From assembly GCA_013239625.1 (NCBI GenBank), contig MU054541.1:7793530-7857529 (forward strand): a stretch of 64,000 bases of DNA, read 5' to 3'. The translations under genes were made by a program, and so were the position numbers. The notes under the pieces are model-generated. The model was not told the DNA's origin. It did not search any database and was given only the letters and a program-made list of their open reading frames with translations. Below, one piece after another: positions 40,901 to 52,980 of the stretch. The first letter of the stretch is position 1, and each line of letters opens with the position of its first letter. Origin of the DNA: Lama guanicoe. Lineage: Eukaryota.

Positions 40901-43900
40901 GAGTCATCCTAGAATGTCTCATTCCAGGAATTTAAAATTATCAGTCCAGAAAAGGGGGCAGGGAGGTCCAGATGTTGAAGAACCAGATTACCTGCACCTG
41001 GAGATGCTGGGGGAGGAAGCAGGCTCGGGTGCAGAGGAGAGGGCTGGCACTCAGAGGCCGGGCTCCAGCAGGGAGTGGGGCAGCAGGTAAGCACCCCTCC
41101 ACCAGGTGACTGACGTTTTGGCCAGGAACACCCTCCATTCCATTACTAGAGCAAAAACGCTTTAAAATGGAAATTTAGTTTGAACTAAGGAGGTTGAGCC
41201 ATCCTGAGGGTGCGGGTGGAGAGAGTTTGGGGTTCCTGGGGGTCCGGGGAGAAAAAAGCAAGAATCTGGGGCCTCCATAGGCTTTCAGCCTTAATCTAAG
41301 TCAGGCGGGCCCTTCCTGCCCGTCGGAAATATACAGACAAGCCGGCATGCAGGAAATACAGAGGTTATCTGTCCCTCACACAAACCACAGGGTATCTAGC
41401 GGAGCGTGACTCACTTCTGTGTTAGTATTTCATTAATTGATCAAGGAAGGAATTTCCCTTACAGAAGACTCCTTCGTGCTCGGGAGGTCAATTAAACCAA
41501 TTAAACCAAACTCTCTAGCAAGCCCAAGGAACTTAAACCAACTGAGGAAGAAACGTGTAAAGACACTTATACATGAATAAATACACTGAGGGTAACATTT
41601 TATTGGCAGTGTATTGAAATCTAAGGCTGGGTTGGGCAGTAAGATAGAGGGACCAGAAGTGGTTTCAGATCAAATCATTCTGTTCATCACCTTCCGGGCC
41701 GTAAACGTGCATATGTGAATTACAGGACTAAAAGCCTCAGACGGCACTGAGAGAACACACAGCTTGCTCTCTGAACCCCTAGTTGTGGGTAAGGCCATCT
41801 GGGGCGTGCCTTCTCTGAAGCTCCCACGTCAAGTCAGTTATGACAAAGCTCAGCCCTGCTGGTGTGAATCCTGTTAAAGCAAAATACCCTAAAGAGGGGT
41901 AGCGGGGGTTGCAATTAAAACTGCTGATTCCCCCAGTGTCACTCTACATAGAAATAAATGCTCTTAGGATAGAGGCAAAGGTTCCCAGGGGAACCCTGCT
42001 GACTTCAGACTGCCTCCTCCAGCCGGAACACCCCTCCCCTTCATCTTGCCATGGCTGGCTTCTCCCCAAAATCCAGCAAGGGGAGCATTTCAGTCTGCTG
42101 CTTTATATGGAGTCAAAATTTTCCACGTCTGTTTGAAAATCCCCTCCTCAGAAAGACTGAACCATCCTCCCACAGCACGTCCCCCACGATAACCGCTCAA
42201 CCCCAGTTCTGTTCCTCTGCCCTTCGGTGAGCTGCAGAATGGGCTCCCCTACAGTCTCCTCCTTCCAGCCTATTTCTGCAACCACGTGCTGCCATGCGAC
42301 CAGGCAAGCCCCCCACAGATGCTGGCACGGAACGGCAGGGACACTCTGCTGCTGTCCCATTTATGATATAATTCACCAGTCATCCTTTAGGAATTACACA
42401 TTTTTTTTGAGCAGAGGGGCAGACGGAATGGCAATCTGGAGGTGGCAGGGAGACACCTGGATGGATCTGGAACCACTCAAGGGCAACAGGAGAGGCCTGC
42501 GGCTCTGCCCCGGTAAGGTGACTGGCCATCCCAGTAGATGGCTGCCCAAATGTCAACTGGAACTTAGTTTCAGTAAGAATCAGTTTCGTAAGAATCCACT
42601 AAGAATCTGCCCACATGGTCACAATCTCCACCACTGCCACCGTCATCACTTATTAAGGATTTAGGGAGCCACCTGGCATCAAGAGCATCGTCTTACAAAA
42701 GCCAAAGTGTGTTACAAGGTGCCACCCCCACCCCAAGGCACACCTTTGCCCCCACACAGCACAACTGCCCATGGGCCACGATCTGCTGCACCCAGATGGA
42801 GGGTCCTGCCACACCCGACCCCCATACATCAGAGACTGTTGGCACCTCTTGCTCAGCTGCATGAGCTGGAGGGAGAGGGTCCATCTTCTTCCTCTTTTGT
42901 CGTCCATGCCCCAAGAAACACAGAAGAAGCCTTCTCTGATGTGGGGTTAGTTGGCATCAGGGCCAATAGCCAAAAGAAGAATTTCCTTGATCACTTAAAA
43001 TTTTGCCCAGATAAATCTTCAAATATTTTTCATATTCAGGTTAAAAAATATATATATATAGCACCTTGATCGGAATAAAGCAGCAGACCAAAATAAACAC
43101 TAGCATTGTTTTCAAAGTTAACAAATGAATTGCAAGACAACGCACTGGCAGCTGACAAAGCCCTGTGACAAGTATCTTTTTTGTTCCGTAACACCTCCCT
43201 GTGTCCCTGCCCGCCCTCCCCAAATCCTGCATTAAGAAGCCTCCCGGGCAGTCTGCCACCACCGGCCTCGCGAGGGGGTGGCACTGTGTCTCCAGGTTTC
43301 CTCTGGGGTTATCTACAGCACAGAGTTAACCAGCTTACTGCTATCTGCGCGCTCAATCTCTAGGGCAGCCTTAAATATGGCACAACAGCAATTTCTAGGT
43401 TAATTAAATTCCATTTCTGACCAGGATGTCTGATAGTTTACAAACCCAAGGAGGACAAGGGGTAGGCTCACAATTCGGTTGGACAAAACAGGGGCAAGGG
43501 GGACCAGACGGTTTAAAGCAGTGCCCAGCTGGTCCTTGAGGAGGGACGTGTATGCCTAAACGCCACTTTATTAACTCAATTTTCAAATATTCAAGACATA
43601 GGCTGGTAAATCCAATTACTTAGATTACATCCCAATTCTAAACAAAAAGCAATGGATGGAGGGGAGAGGGGTGTTCATTCAAAAAAGAAGATGTGTTGTG
43701 TCTGGCAAATGCAGAATGACCAGCATAGCCATGCTCTTTGTACCGGTGTGGGAGCTGGCCCTGAAGCTTTGCCAACTTGCTGAAAGGCCTATTCAAAAAA
43801 AAAAAAAAAAAGATTCCTGTTTCCATCCCCAAAATAATTACCCACTCTATTCTATCCCAGACACACACCACAAACCTGGCAGCTAGTCAAAGAAACAAGG

Positions 43901-46900
43901 GCGTGCGTGCATGAGTGTGGGTGTGAGTGTGTGTGTCTTGGAGGTTGTGGGGGGTCGGGCAGGGGATATCCTGGGCCCAGGGCAAGCTGCCCACCAAATT
44001 CAAATGCAAGTGCAGTTGTGGGTAAACCACACAAGATGGCTGTAAACATCCTGTATAGTACAGAGAAAATAAACACACCCTCAAGTGAACCCGGAGGCTA
44101 GCAGAGCCCAACGCACAGCAACCTCTGTAGCAAGCAGCACTGGCTGCAGCCTGGACCCTCGGTGCTCCCGTCCTCCCTGCTCCACGGTTACAACCCGTGT
44201 TTGCCTCATCCCGGCACAAGGACTTCGCCAGGCGACGGAAAAGGGAGGTCGCCGGCTCCGTGAGAAGAGGTTTGTGACCTGGAATGCCCGCTTTACGGTA
44301 TTTCTGGAGATCTCTGAACCTTACTGGTTCAGAGGCCTCATTCGTTGCTTTACATATAAACAGATGAAATCATTTGTTTATGCTGAAAACCACAGGATGT
44401 TAAATATTTGCAGCACTTGTCTTAATTAAATTACACAGGCAGCTATTTAGAGTAAAAGTCTGCTATTAACCCGATTTACCTAGAGGAGTTATTTTTGGTT
44501 GAATCTGCTCGAGACGAATCCTTGTAAAGCCCTGCTTGGTCAGAGTGGTTCGAGGGCAAGGACCTGGCTGTTTTGGTTCAACTAACTTGGGCTCTTGGGC
44601 AAGTGGGCCTCTGTGTCCTCGTTTTTTTGGGTTTGGTTTGTTTGTTTTTTTTTTTTTTTTAGGGGATGGGAGGCCTATGAAAAGGAAAAAACTAAGGCTC
44701 CTTCTAGCCCCCATCTTCTCTGACCTCCTCTATGAAACCTGAATACAGTAACTCCCATAACAGCTCCTCTTGCATCTATGATTTCATTATTCTTGATGAC
44801 ACGTACTCATCTTTTGCTTTGCCAGGTGGGAAATAAAAACCTGCATCTCCAAAATGCCTGTGTTGAAGATTCCTAGTGCCTACTTCCTCACTACACGTTG
44901 TCAGACTGATCAGCAAACATGACAGCTTTTAGATTCTGAGATAGGTATACCGCCTTCCACTTTAGAAGGTAGGGGTAGGAAAAAAAATTTTAAATACAAA
45001 TGTTTTAACACAGTTCCAAAAGTTGTTCCTCAGTTCCTCTTAAATACTAACAACAATCCTATCTACACTCTGCTTCCTTGAGACCTAACCCTTCCAGTTA
45101 GGAGTCAATTAACCACAGGAAAACAGATGAAGTTCCTTCAGAGCCCGAGACATCCTTAGGAGGGAAGGCTGAAGACATTCACGAGCTCTACCCACCAAAC
45201 TCCAAGGCCAGGAGGAGGCAGACACCACGAACCCGACGTCACCACCACCTCAGAGGGTGTTCCAACTGCTCCCAGACACTGAGCTCCCACGGAAAGCAGG
45301 CATCACACAGACAGGCGAGCCTTCTCCTTGTCTTTAATTCAGGGGGAAAGGGTCGAGGGGAGAGGAAGGAGACTCTCAGAAGCACTAAATGTCTACACAC
45401 TATCTGCAGCACCTTCCCAAGGAAAGCATCACTTGGGCACACACACCTCAGGCCAGTGGTGAGAGTCCCCACAAACAGTGAAATCACTTTGATTTCATTA
45501 ATACAATGGTACAAGGATGGTTTTATTTTTTTAAGTCTGACGCAGCATCCTGAAATGTCAAAGAACCAAGGCTGCCTGGAAATCCTGACGCTGTCATGAT
45601 CAAGGAAATAGCTGACACTGACTTCTTTTGTGTTCTAGAAAGCAACCATGTCAAACTTGAGAGGGATCATCATTAATCAACAATTAAAGCAGCAACAAAG
45701 CCCTTTTGCCCTGTCAGTCCCCAGTGTCACACGTGTTACAGTTTACCACCAATGGAAAGCCGCCGGGTTGGCCGCCCCCTCCCCCACCATGCAGCACAAC
45801 CCTCTCCAAACCAGGGTCGAGGAGCTGCAAAGGACTTTCGGGCTCAGGATAGTCTTGAGCAAAAACTGTGTCTTATCTCAAAAATAAGAAAAGGGTAAGA
45901 CAAGTCAGAACAACAACACATGGAAGTTAAAAATCTTAATGTAGTCAGGATCCGGCCAAAGAAATTCCTAATACATTCTTGTAGTTACAAGGTGTGAACA
46001 AATGATCTAAAGTACGCTCTGCTGTAGAAGCCTCAAAGAGCCTGTGGAAGTGTTGATCTGCCTTTTGAATCTCTCATGAGGTGGGGTTGCCAACTTTGTT
46101 TTTAAAATACTATTTGAACAAAAACCCCAGCAGCTTCTCTATTTTAGGTTACTCAATATTCGGTTGCAAACTGCCAGAAAACTCCTCGAATCCTGGCAAA
46201 AAGATGATGGCTGGGAAGGGGGGGCGTGTGACTCTGTGAGGCAGGGATCATGTTTTACATTGTTCTCTGAAAGAGAAAAGAAAAACACACAAAGAAATTC
46301 ACCCTGAAATGCTACACAGAGCATTCACTTAAAATAAAAAATCCAGCAGAACCCTAGCAGTGTAACTGAAAACTCAGTCCCGGAGAAACTTCACACTAGA
46401 AACGTTCTCCATGGAGATGGGGGCACAGTGGGGGCGGGCGGGCAGGCGGGCAGGCAGATTCTGAAGTCCATCATCATGTGACAGACCACAGCATAAAGGC
46501 AGCGCTCAGAGCACCAACTAGTCCCTGAAAGATTCGGAATACACTTCGTTTAGCTTCTCACATCCTCTACCTCTTGGACAGTAAGGCTGCTAACAGGGAC
46601 CTGCTTTATTTAAAGGATAGCAAATAGAAAAGGGATTCTGGACAATTTCCCCGCCCACTGGAAATCCCATGAAGTAACCAACAAGCACCAATAGATGGCA
46701 GTAGAGAGTCTTGGGACACCAGCTCTGGGATCACCCCTCAAGAGGAAAGGGAATAAATAATTCTGACTTTCACGGGTTTATGACAAGCCTGGGCATTAAC
46801 CAATTCTTAGGACCTGTGCTACAACCTGGCACCAGCTAAAAATCCAACCACTGCTTACGGAAAGTAGTAGGTGAACGATGTTAGCACTACCCTTTCACCC

Positions 46901-49900
46901 AACAACTCACAATTCAAGTTCCTTGCTTGTACGGAAAATATAAAGCAAATCACAATCCAACATTTTATATACTGGAAACATACGTAGGGCTAAAATCCAC
47001 TGGACTGTCTTCTCAAATACATTCCTCACCACAACCCTGCCAAAGTGAATTTTATCACCCAGGAAAGTAAGAAAAGGCAAAACTACAGCAACCCACCATG
47101 GTTCTAATACACTTTCTTCATACCAGAGTCCAGAGTACTCACACTGGGGCTCTGTTCTGTAAGAAAAGGGTGCACAACAATCCACACATTGTCTCTTCCT
47201 GAATGCTTACAAGAGGTCTAGGTATTCATGACAACTGCCTAAAGGTGAGAAAACATGATCCTAATGCAAGAATCTGCTAATCACTAACAAATATACGAAG
47301 AGCAATTATTCTCCTTGTTACTGTTTTTGCTTTGAGATCCTGGAGTAAAGGCACCGTCTCTCAAAGGAAAACAGGAGCTGACACAGCATCCCAGGCTCCG
47401 TGACTCGGGTCAGGCTCAGAGGCTGCCCTGACGGATCCAGCAGACACAACCCTGGCACAGAAATGTAAATAAAAACCAAGGAAATGGTACCAATTCATAA
47501 GCAGGCAAAAGGGAGCCGTGGCACAGAAATCACCTTCCCTTTGAACACTGCCTAGGATACCCTCGAGCAACGCTGAATTTCTACCAATGTTCAGGGCTGC
47601 ACAAGGTAACCATTTGTCAGGCAGGGAGCGGAAACATCTTCCCACATGGCATCGCGGAATCAAACCAAACCAAGTGGCCTCTTAAACCAGACCAGCCAGG
47701 GGAATGGGGGCCAACTCACCCCTTCCAACCCAGGCACGATACTCTCATTTACATTCTTAGTATCATCCTGGGATCTAAGATGCCCCTCCCCAGGATAAAA
47801 AAAAGCCCCCCTCATGTCTTCAGGATATGAACCCACAGGCCCCCGACCTGATGTCAGGGACAAGCACTGAGTGGAAAGGGGCCCTGTCTGTGAGCGGCAG
47901 CAGATGACAAGCAGAGACTTGCCGAACCTCTGCAGGACACACATGACCACCATAGCTGTGTATGGCTCAAACGAACCCTCACAGGGGTCTGGTGAAAATA
48001 CCTGACACAAAATGAGCATCTCTCCATGAGGGGAGAGTCAGCCCCGACTCACAAGGGGTGCTGTCGTCCAATATCTTACAGCCATTTAACCAACAACAAA
48101 AAGACCCCTGCTGCTAATGAGACGCGTGACTTACCACACCTTTCCAGAGATACTACGTTTGTATTTGCTGTGATGCTATAAAAATAGCTCAAAGGACTTT
48201 CAAAGGATTTGATTAAGGCCAGTAGCAGAAACCCCCAGGGGTGAGACTGGGAGTAAAGAGAAATCCAAACAAGCCCCCCCCCGAATTTACCCAGAGCTGT
48301 CAACGACTAGTTATCCCCCTTCTCTTGAACATTCAAATGCCCTGATGAAGTTCTGATCCCCAGTGAGTTCCAGGGAATGAGCAGAGGAAAGTCCAACCTC
48401 TCATGCAGGGCTCAGGATAAACACCCAAGCTGCAGGCATCACTTCAGCAACTCTGAAGGACCGAAAGACTTCCTGTTCAATTAAGTCCCTCATTAATTCC
48501 TCCTGCTCCCGCCCACTACTCCTGTCTATAAACAGGAAACCAAGAAGCCACAGGTCAGCCTTGTCAGCGCAGCTTATACCCTCCAAGGAAGGCCACGGCC
48601 ACAGATCTGTCCTGGAAGCTGTCACAAAGCCTCAGTACTGCCCGGCTCTACTCATCTTCTCCATACGGTGGTACCGAAGGGAAGGACAGAGAACGAAAAG
48701 ACAAGAGGGAAAGAAGTGGGAGAGAATCCAAAAGTTCTACATGATCCTAATAAAATGTGAAAATGGGAGGAGAGGGAGTATTCAACAGATGGAAACCTCC
48801 AATAATAAAAACTATTATTATTATTACATAAATTTATGAGCTACGAGTTTAAAAAGTGACCAACTTCCCAAAATCTTATTTTTTTTAAACCCCAACGCAA
48901 ATCTAGCTTCAATGGGTCCTCCCATACCAGGCATAATCCATTTTTGTGATGCTTCCCATCAGTGGGAGTGTCATTTCCCCACGGTCCCAGTCCCTCCCAT
49001 TCCACTACCCAGCCAAAAGCAGAAGCAGCCCCTTCAACTGAGGGCTGTGACACTCGGTCAAGGGGACTTGCCACATGGTCCTTTCTTGGCTATGCTGCAC
49101 CAGCACCACCAGACAAGCCACCTCTGGAGAGAAAGCAGAACCCCAAGGTGCATTTCAGGGGGAGGGGGCAGGCAGGGACCATGTGAAGGAGGGGGCAGGA
49201 GAGAGAAAAACTGTCACATCTTCTCAAGTGGTCAGAATCCATGACACGCTGCTGAGGCATCATGGCAACAAACGACATCCTTCTCTTCTCTGCAAGCCGC
49301 TGATTAACTCAAAGAAACAAGCTGCTTCAGTGCATGCTTCCTAGCAGCTGGCTTCAGCAAAACGCCAGGACGGCAGAGTGGCCAAATCCAAATCCTGCTC
49401 ACGGAGATGTGGGTGGCAGGCCGTGGGGGGCCAGGAGGTACGTAAGTACTCTCTTCAGAAGGAGTCTCTTCAGTTCCACCAGCCTAAACATGCCCTAATG
49501 GTCTCCCTTTGATCAAAGAGGCATCTGTCTTCCACTGTGTCAATACGATGCCAAACACCACGCTCCCAGTCATCCATCAGCCCTGGGAAGGGTCGCGAGG
49601 CCCCACCTCCTGCAATTTGTAAATAAGCCTGTAGGAGAACACTTCCAGCTGGACACTTAAGGCTTCCTACCCTCACGCCTCACTCATTCCAAACCACCCT
49701 CAGAGATCAGTGAGAACAACTTCACACCCAGAAAACACCCCCAGAAGTTGACCCTAGCTAACTACCGGTTTGCAGATGATTACTCACTTCCTCAGTTTAT
49801 TCCTTCAACTGCACTCTTCCTCAAGTTCATCTATCTTTGGTCTCTGACTATAGGAATTTCAGGAATCCCAGATTTTATCCAGTAAATCGAAATGGACATT

Positions 49901-50989
49901 TCATCTGAGATACAGAATACAGCAGCCAAAGTCACAGAGCGCCCCCCCAAGCCCCAAATTACTGTTTGTTTTCTTTTCTTCTGTTACATGAATTCATGTT
50001 ACATGAATCAGTACTACAGGTAGGAACAGGATGTGCCCTTGAAGCTGCTGGTGCCACTACGTAAGTCAGACTTCCCTGCTCTAGAATGCCATGGTCTCTC
50101 AGTTCTAGGATGCTAAACACATCAACAGACTTGAGCTGGGAATCGTATAATGAAAATACTCAGTGAGCTATGATCAACTTGCTATGAAAATCGCAGATGC
50201 ATTTCACAGAAGACTAAGGCAAGGACAACTCAGAAAGGAAAATCCAAATCAGAAAACTCAGAATACCCATCCTCTCTCTCATTCCACTCCAATTCCACAA
50301 AGGAGAAGAAAAGGGTAGACCCAGTAACTACTAACTACGCCAAGGGGAGCCCCCCATATGTGACCACAAGCAAGAGTGTCCTTGAAGGAGAAACTGAGGG
50401 CAGATTCCGAGCAGTGACGAGCTGGACGGAAAGGGACCCGGGGACTGACCAGGGACGCCTGGCTTTGTTTCTAGACGTGCAGCCTTATCTAGTCACAGCA
50501 GGACAATACAACAGGGCCTGGGCTACACAGGGGAGCCCTGCCAGCCCCTGAAACAACTTCACTCTGGGACAGAATTAGGCTTGGGAACCAATCGTTCACC
50601 AGGAGAAAACTTGTCAGAAAGAAGAGTACAATTTATTCCTTCCTGACCTCCTCCTTCTCATAGCAAACAACTTCAAAGACAACCTCACACCCCTGAGCTT
50701 CTTTGCTGATTAGCTCAACAATAAAACAGTAAAACCACCCAGTTGGAGAGCAAGGGCATGGCGAGCAACTGGACTCCAGCGGTCCTGGGGGGCTGGGCTG
50801 GGCCGGTCCATTCAGAGCTCCCACCGGCCCAAGGGCCCAAGGCAGACACCCGTGCCAGGAGGAATCAAACTCCATCTCAGGGGAGGAAAGCCCACCAGAC
50901 TCTTCAGTTCTTCCACAAACTGAACACCTTTAACTGAATGCGAAAACACAGAACACAAACACGGTACAGGAAACAATTGCATGAGAAAG

Positions 50990-51730
50990 ACACGTGCTGG
51001 ATAGGATGTGGAGGAAAGGGAGCCCTCGTGCGTGGCTGCTGGGAGTGGAAACTGGTGCAGCCCCCATGGAGAACAGTACGGAGGTTCCTCAAGGAACTAA
51101 AAACAGAACTACCGTATGATCCAGCAATTCCGCCCCTGGGGTTTAGCTGAAGGAAATGACATCACTATCTCAAAGAGCTATCTGCACCCCGTGTTCACTA
51201 CAGGATTATTTACAGTAACAGCCAACATACGGAAACAAACTAAGGGTCTGTGGAGAGATGAAGGGATAAAGAAAACGTGGTATGAACATATAAATGGAAT
51301 ATTGTTTAGCCATTAAAATAGGAAATCCTGCCACTTATGACAACATGGATGGTCACTGAGGGCATCCTGCTAAGTCAGACAGAGAGACAAATGCTGTGTG
51401 ATCTCGCTTACATGTGGAATATAAAAAACAAAACTCGTGTGTGTAGGTGGTCAAGGTAAAAACTTCCAGTTATAACATGAGTAAGTTCTGGGAACCTAAT
51501 ACAGAGCATGGTGCCTATAGTTAACAATACTATACTGTATACCTGAAAGTTGCTAAGAAAGTAAACCTTAAAAGTTATTTAGTACAAAAACAAAAGTATA
51601 CGAGGTGACAGACGTGTTAACTAACCTTACAGTGCTTATCAATTCATAAAATATGCATACACTAAATCAGTAGGTTGGACATCTTAAACTTTACACCGTT
51701 ACATGTCAATTAAACGTCAATAAAGCCGGG
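50990..51730 (+). mobile_element. L1MA-like LINE-1 3' fragment
   Basis: [46 protein letters not shown] (L1 ORF2 C-terminus), followed by a 3'UTR ending GTCAATAAAG. Confidence 0.9.
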
Positions 51731-52254
51731 AGAGGGGTGGGGGGTGGGGAAGGTGGTGACTTAACCTCCAGGAAATTTAACATAAACTAGCCAGAAAACA
51801 GTCCCTGACATAAATCATAACAATGTCTTCCTAGGTCAGTCTCTCAAGGAAATAGAAATAAAAGCAAGAATAAACAAATGGGATCTAATCAAACTTATAA
51901 GCTTTTGCACCGCAAAGGAAACCACAAACAAAAGGAAAAAAACCTACTGACGAGGAGGAAGAATCTGCAAACGATACAACCAACGAGAGATTAATTTCCA
52001 AAATATACACAACCCAACAACAACAAAAACACCAAACAACCCAAACAAAAAATGGGCAGAAGACTTCAATAGGCATTTCTCCAAAACAAACAAAACAAAG
52101 ACATACAGATGTCCAATAGGCACATGAAAAGATGCTAGGTATCACTAATTATCAGAGAAATGGAAATCAAAACCACAATGAGGTGTCACCTAACACTGGT
52201 AGAATGTCCACCATGAAAATGTCGACAGACACCAAGTGCTGGAGGGGGTATGGA

Positions 52255-52786
52255 GGCAGGAGACTGCAGTGCCAGCTGGTGCCTGCCTAGGCCCAGTGGC
52301 CCCCAAACTTCGAGCTCTTAGGCATCCACCTGCCCTTCTATGGAAAACAAACTCCTGATGGGTGTTTGCCTTAGCAGAATGAACAGCCCTGGGAAACGGC
52401 CAGCCTCACTGTAGCTCAGGCTGACCTGTCTCAGCCCGTGTCTCCTCCTTATCAGAATCAAAAATTCCATTACATTGCTTGTGTCAGCACAGGTCTCCAT
52501 CTTACTGGAGCTGAAAATCCACTATCCTCCCATGTACCAAACCTCCTACCTCACTTACAGCCAATCAAAAATCAGTTCTCCTGTCCCTTTGCATTCACAG
52601 CCGCTTCCTCAATAAAAGATCCTGCATGTTCACACTTGGAGGACATGCAGGCATCTCTTGTCTGTGTGGCCCACTGTTGCCTGTAGCACCATACCTATTC
52701 AACTCTCCTTTGTTCTTAAACTTCTCTTGGTTTCTGGTAAATTCTTTTTACCACCTAGGACACTGGCCCTCCATGTGTCCCCCAAC
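52255..52786 (+). mobile_element. ERV1-like solo LTR inserted in L1 (5' boundary approximate)
   Basis: About 530 bp of non-L1 sequence splits the L1 motif TGGAG/GGGACCCC. It has a CAGCCAATCA box, an AATAAAAG TATA/polyA-like motif, and a U5-like end GGTAAATTCTTTTTACCACC...CCCCAACA. Confidence 0.7.
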
Positions 52787-52932
52787 AGGGACCCCCTCCT
52801 ACACTGCTGCTGGGAATGTAAGTTGGTGCAACCACTATGGAAAACAGTATTACTCAAAAGAGTAAAAACAGACTTACTATATGATCCAGCAATTCCACTT
52901 CTGGGCATGTATCTGGAGAAAAACTCTAATTC

Positions 52933-52980
52933 ATTGACACAACATTGTAAAATGATTATAAATCAATAACAAATGTTTAA
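52933..52980 (+). mobile_element. 48-bp extremely 5'-truncated L1 tail with a perfect 14-bp TSD
   Basis: AAAAACTCTAATTC at 52919-52932 and 52981-52994 flanks ATTGACACAACATTGTAAAATGATTATAAATCAATAACAAATGTTTAA, which resembles the L1 terminus near 53540-53590. Confidence 0.85.
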
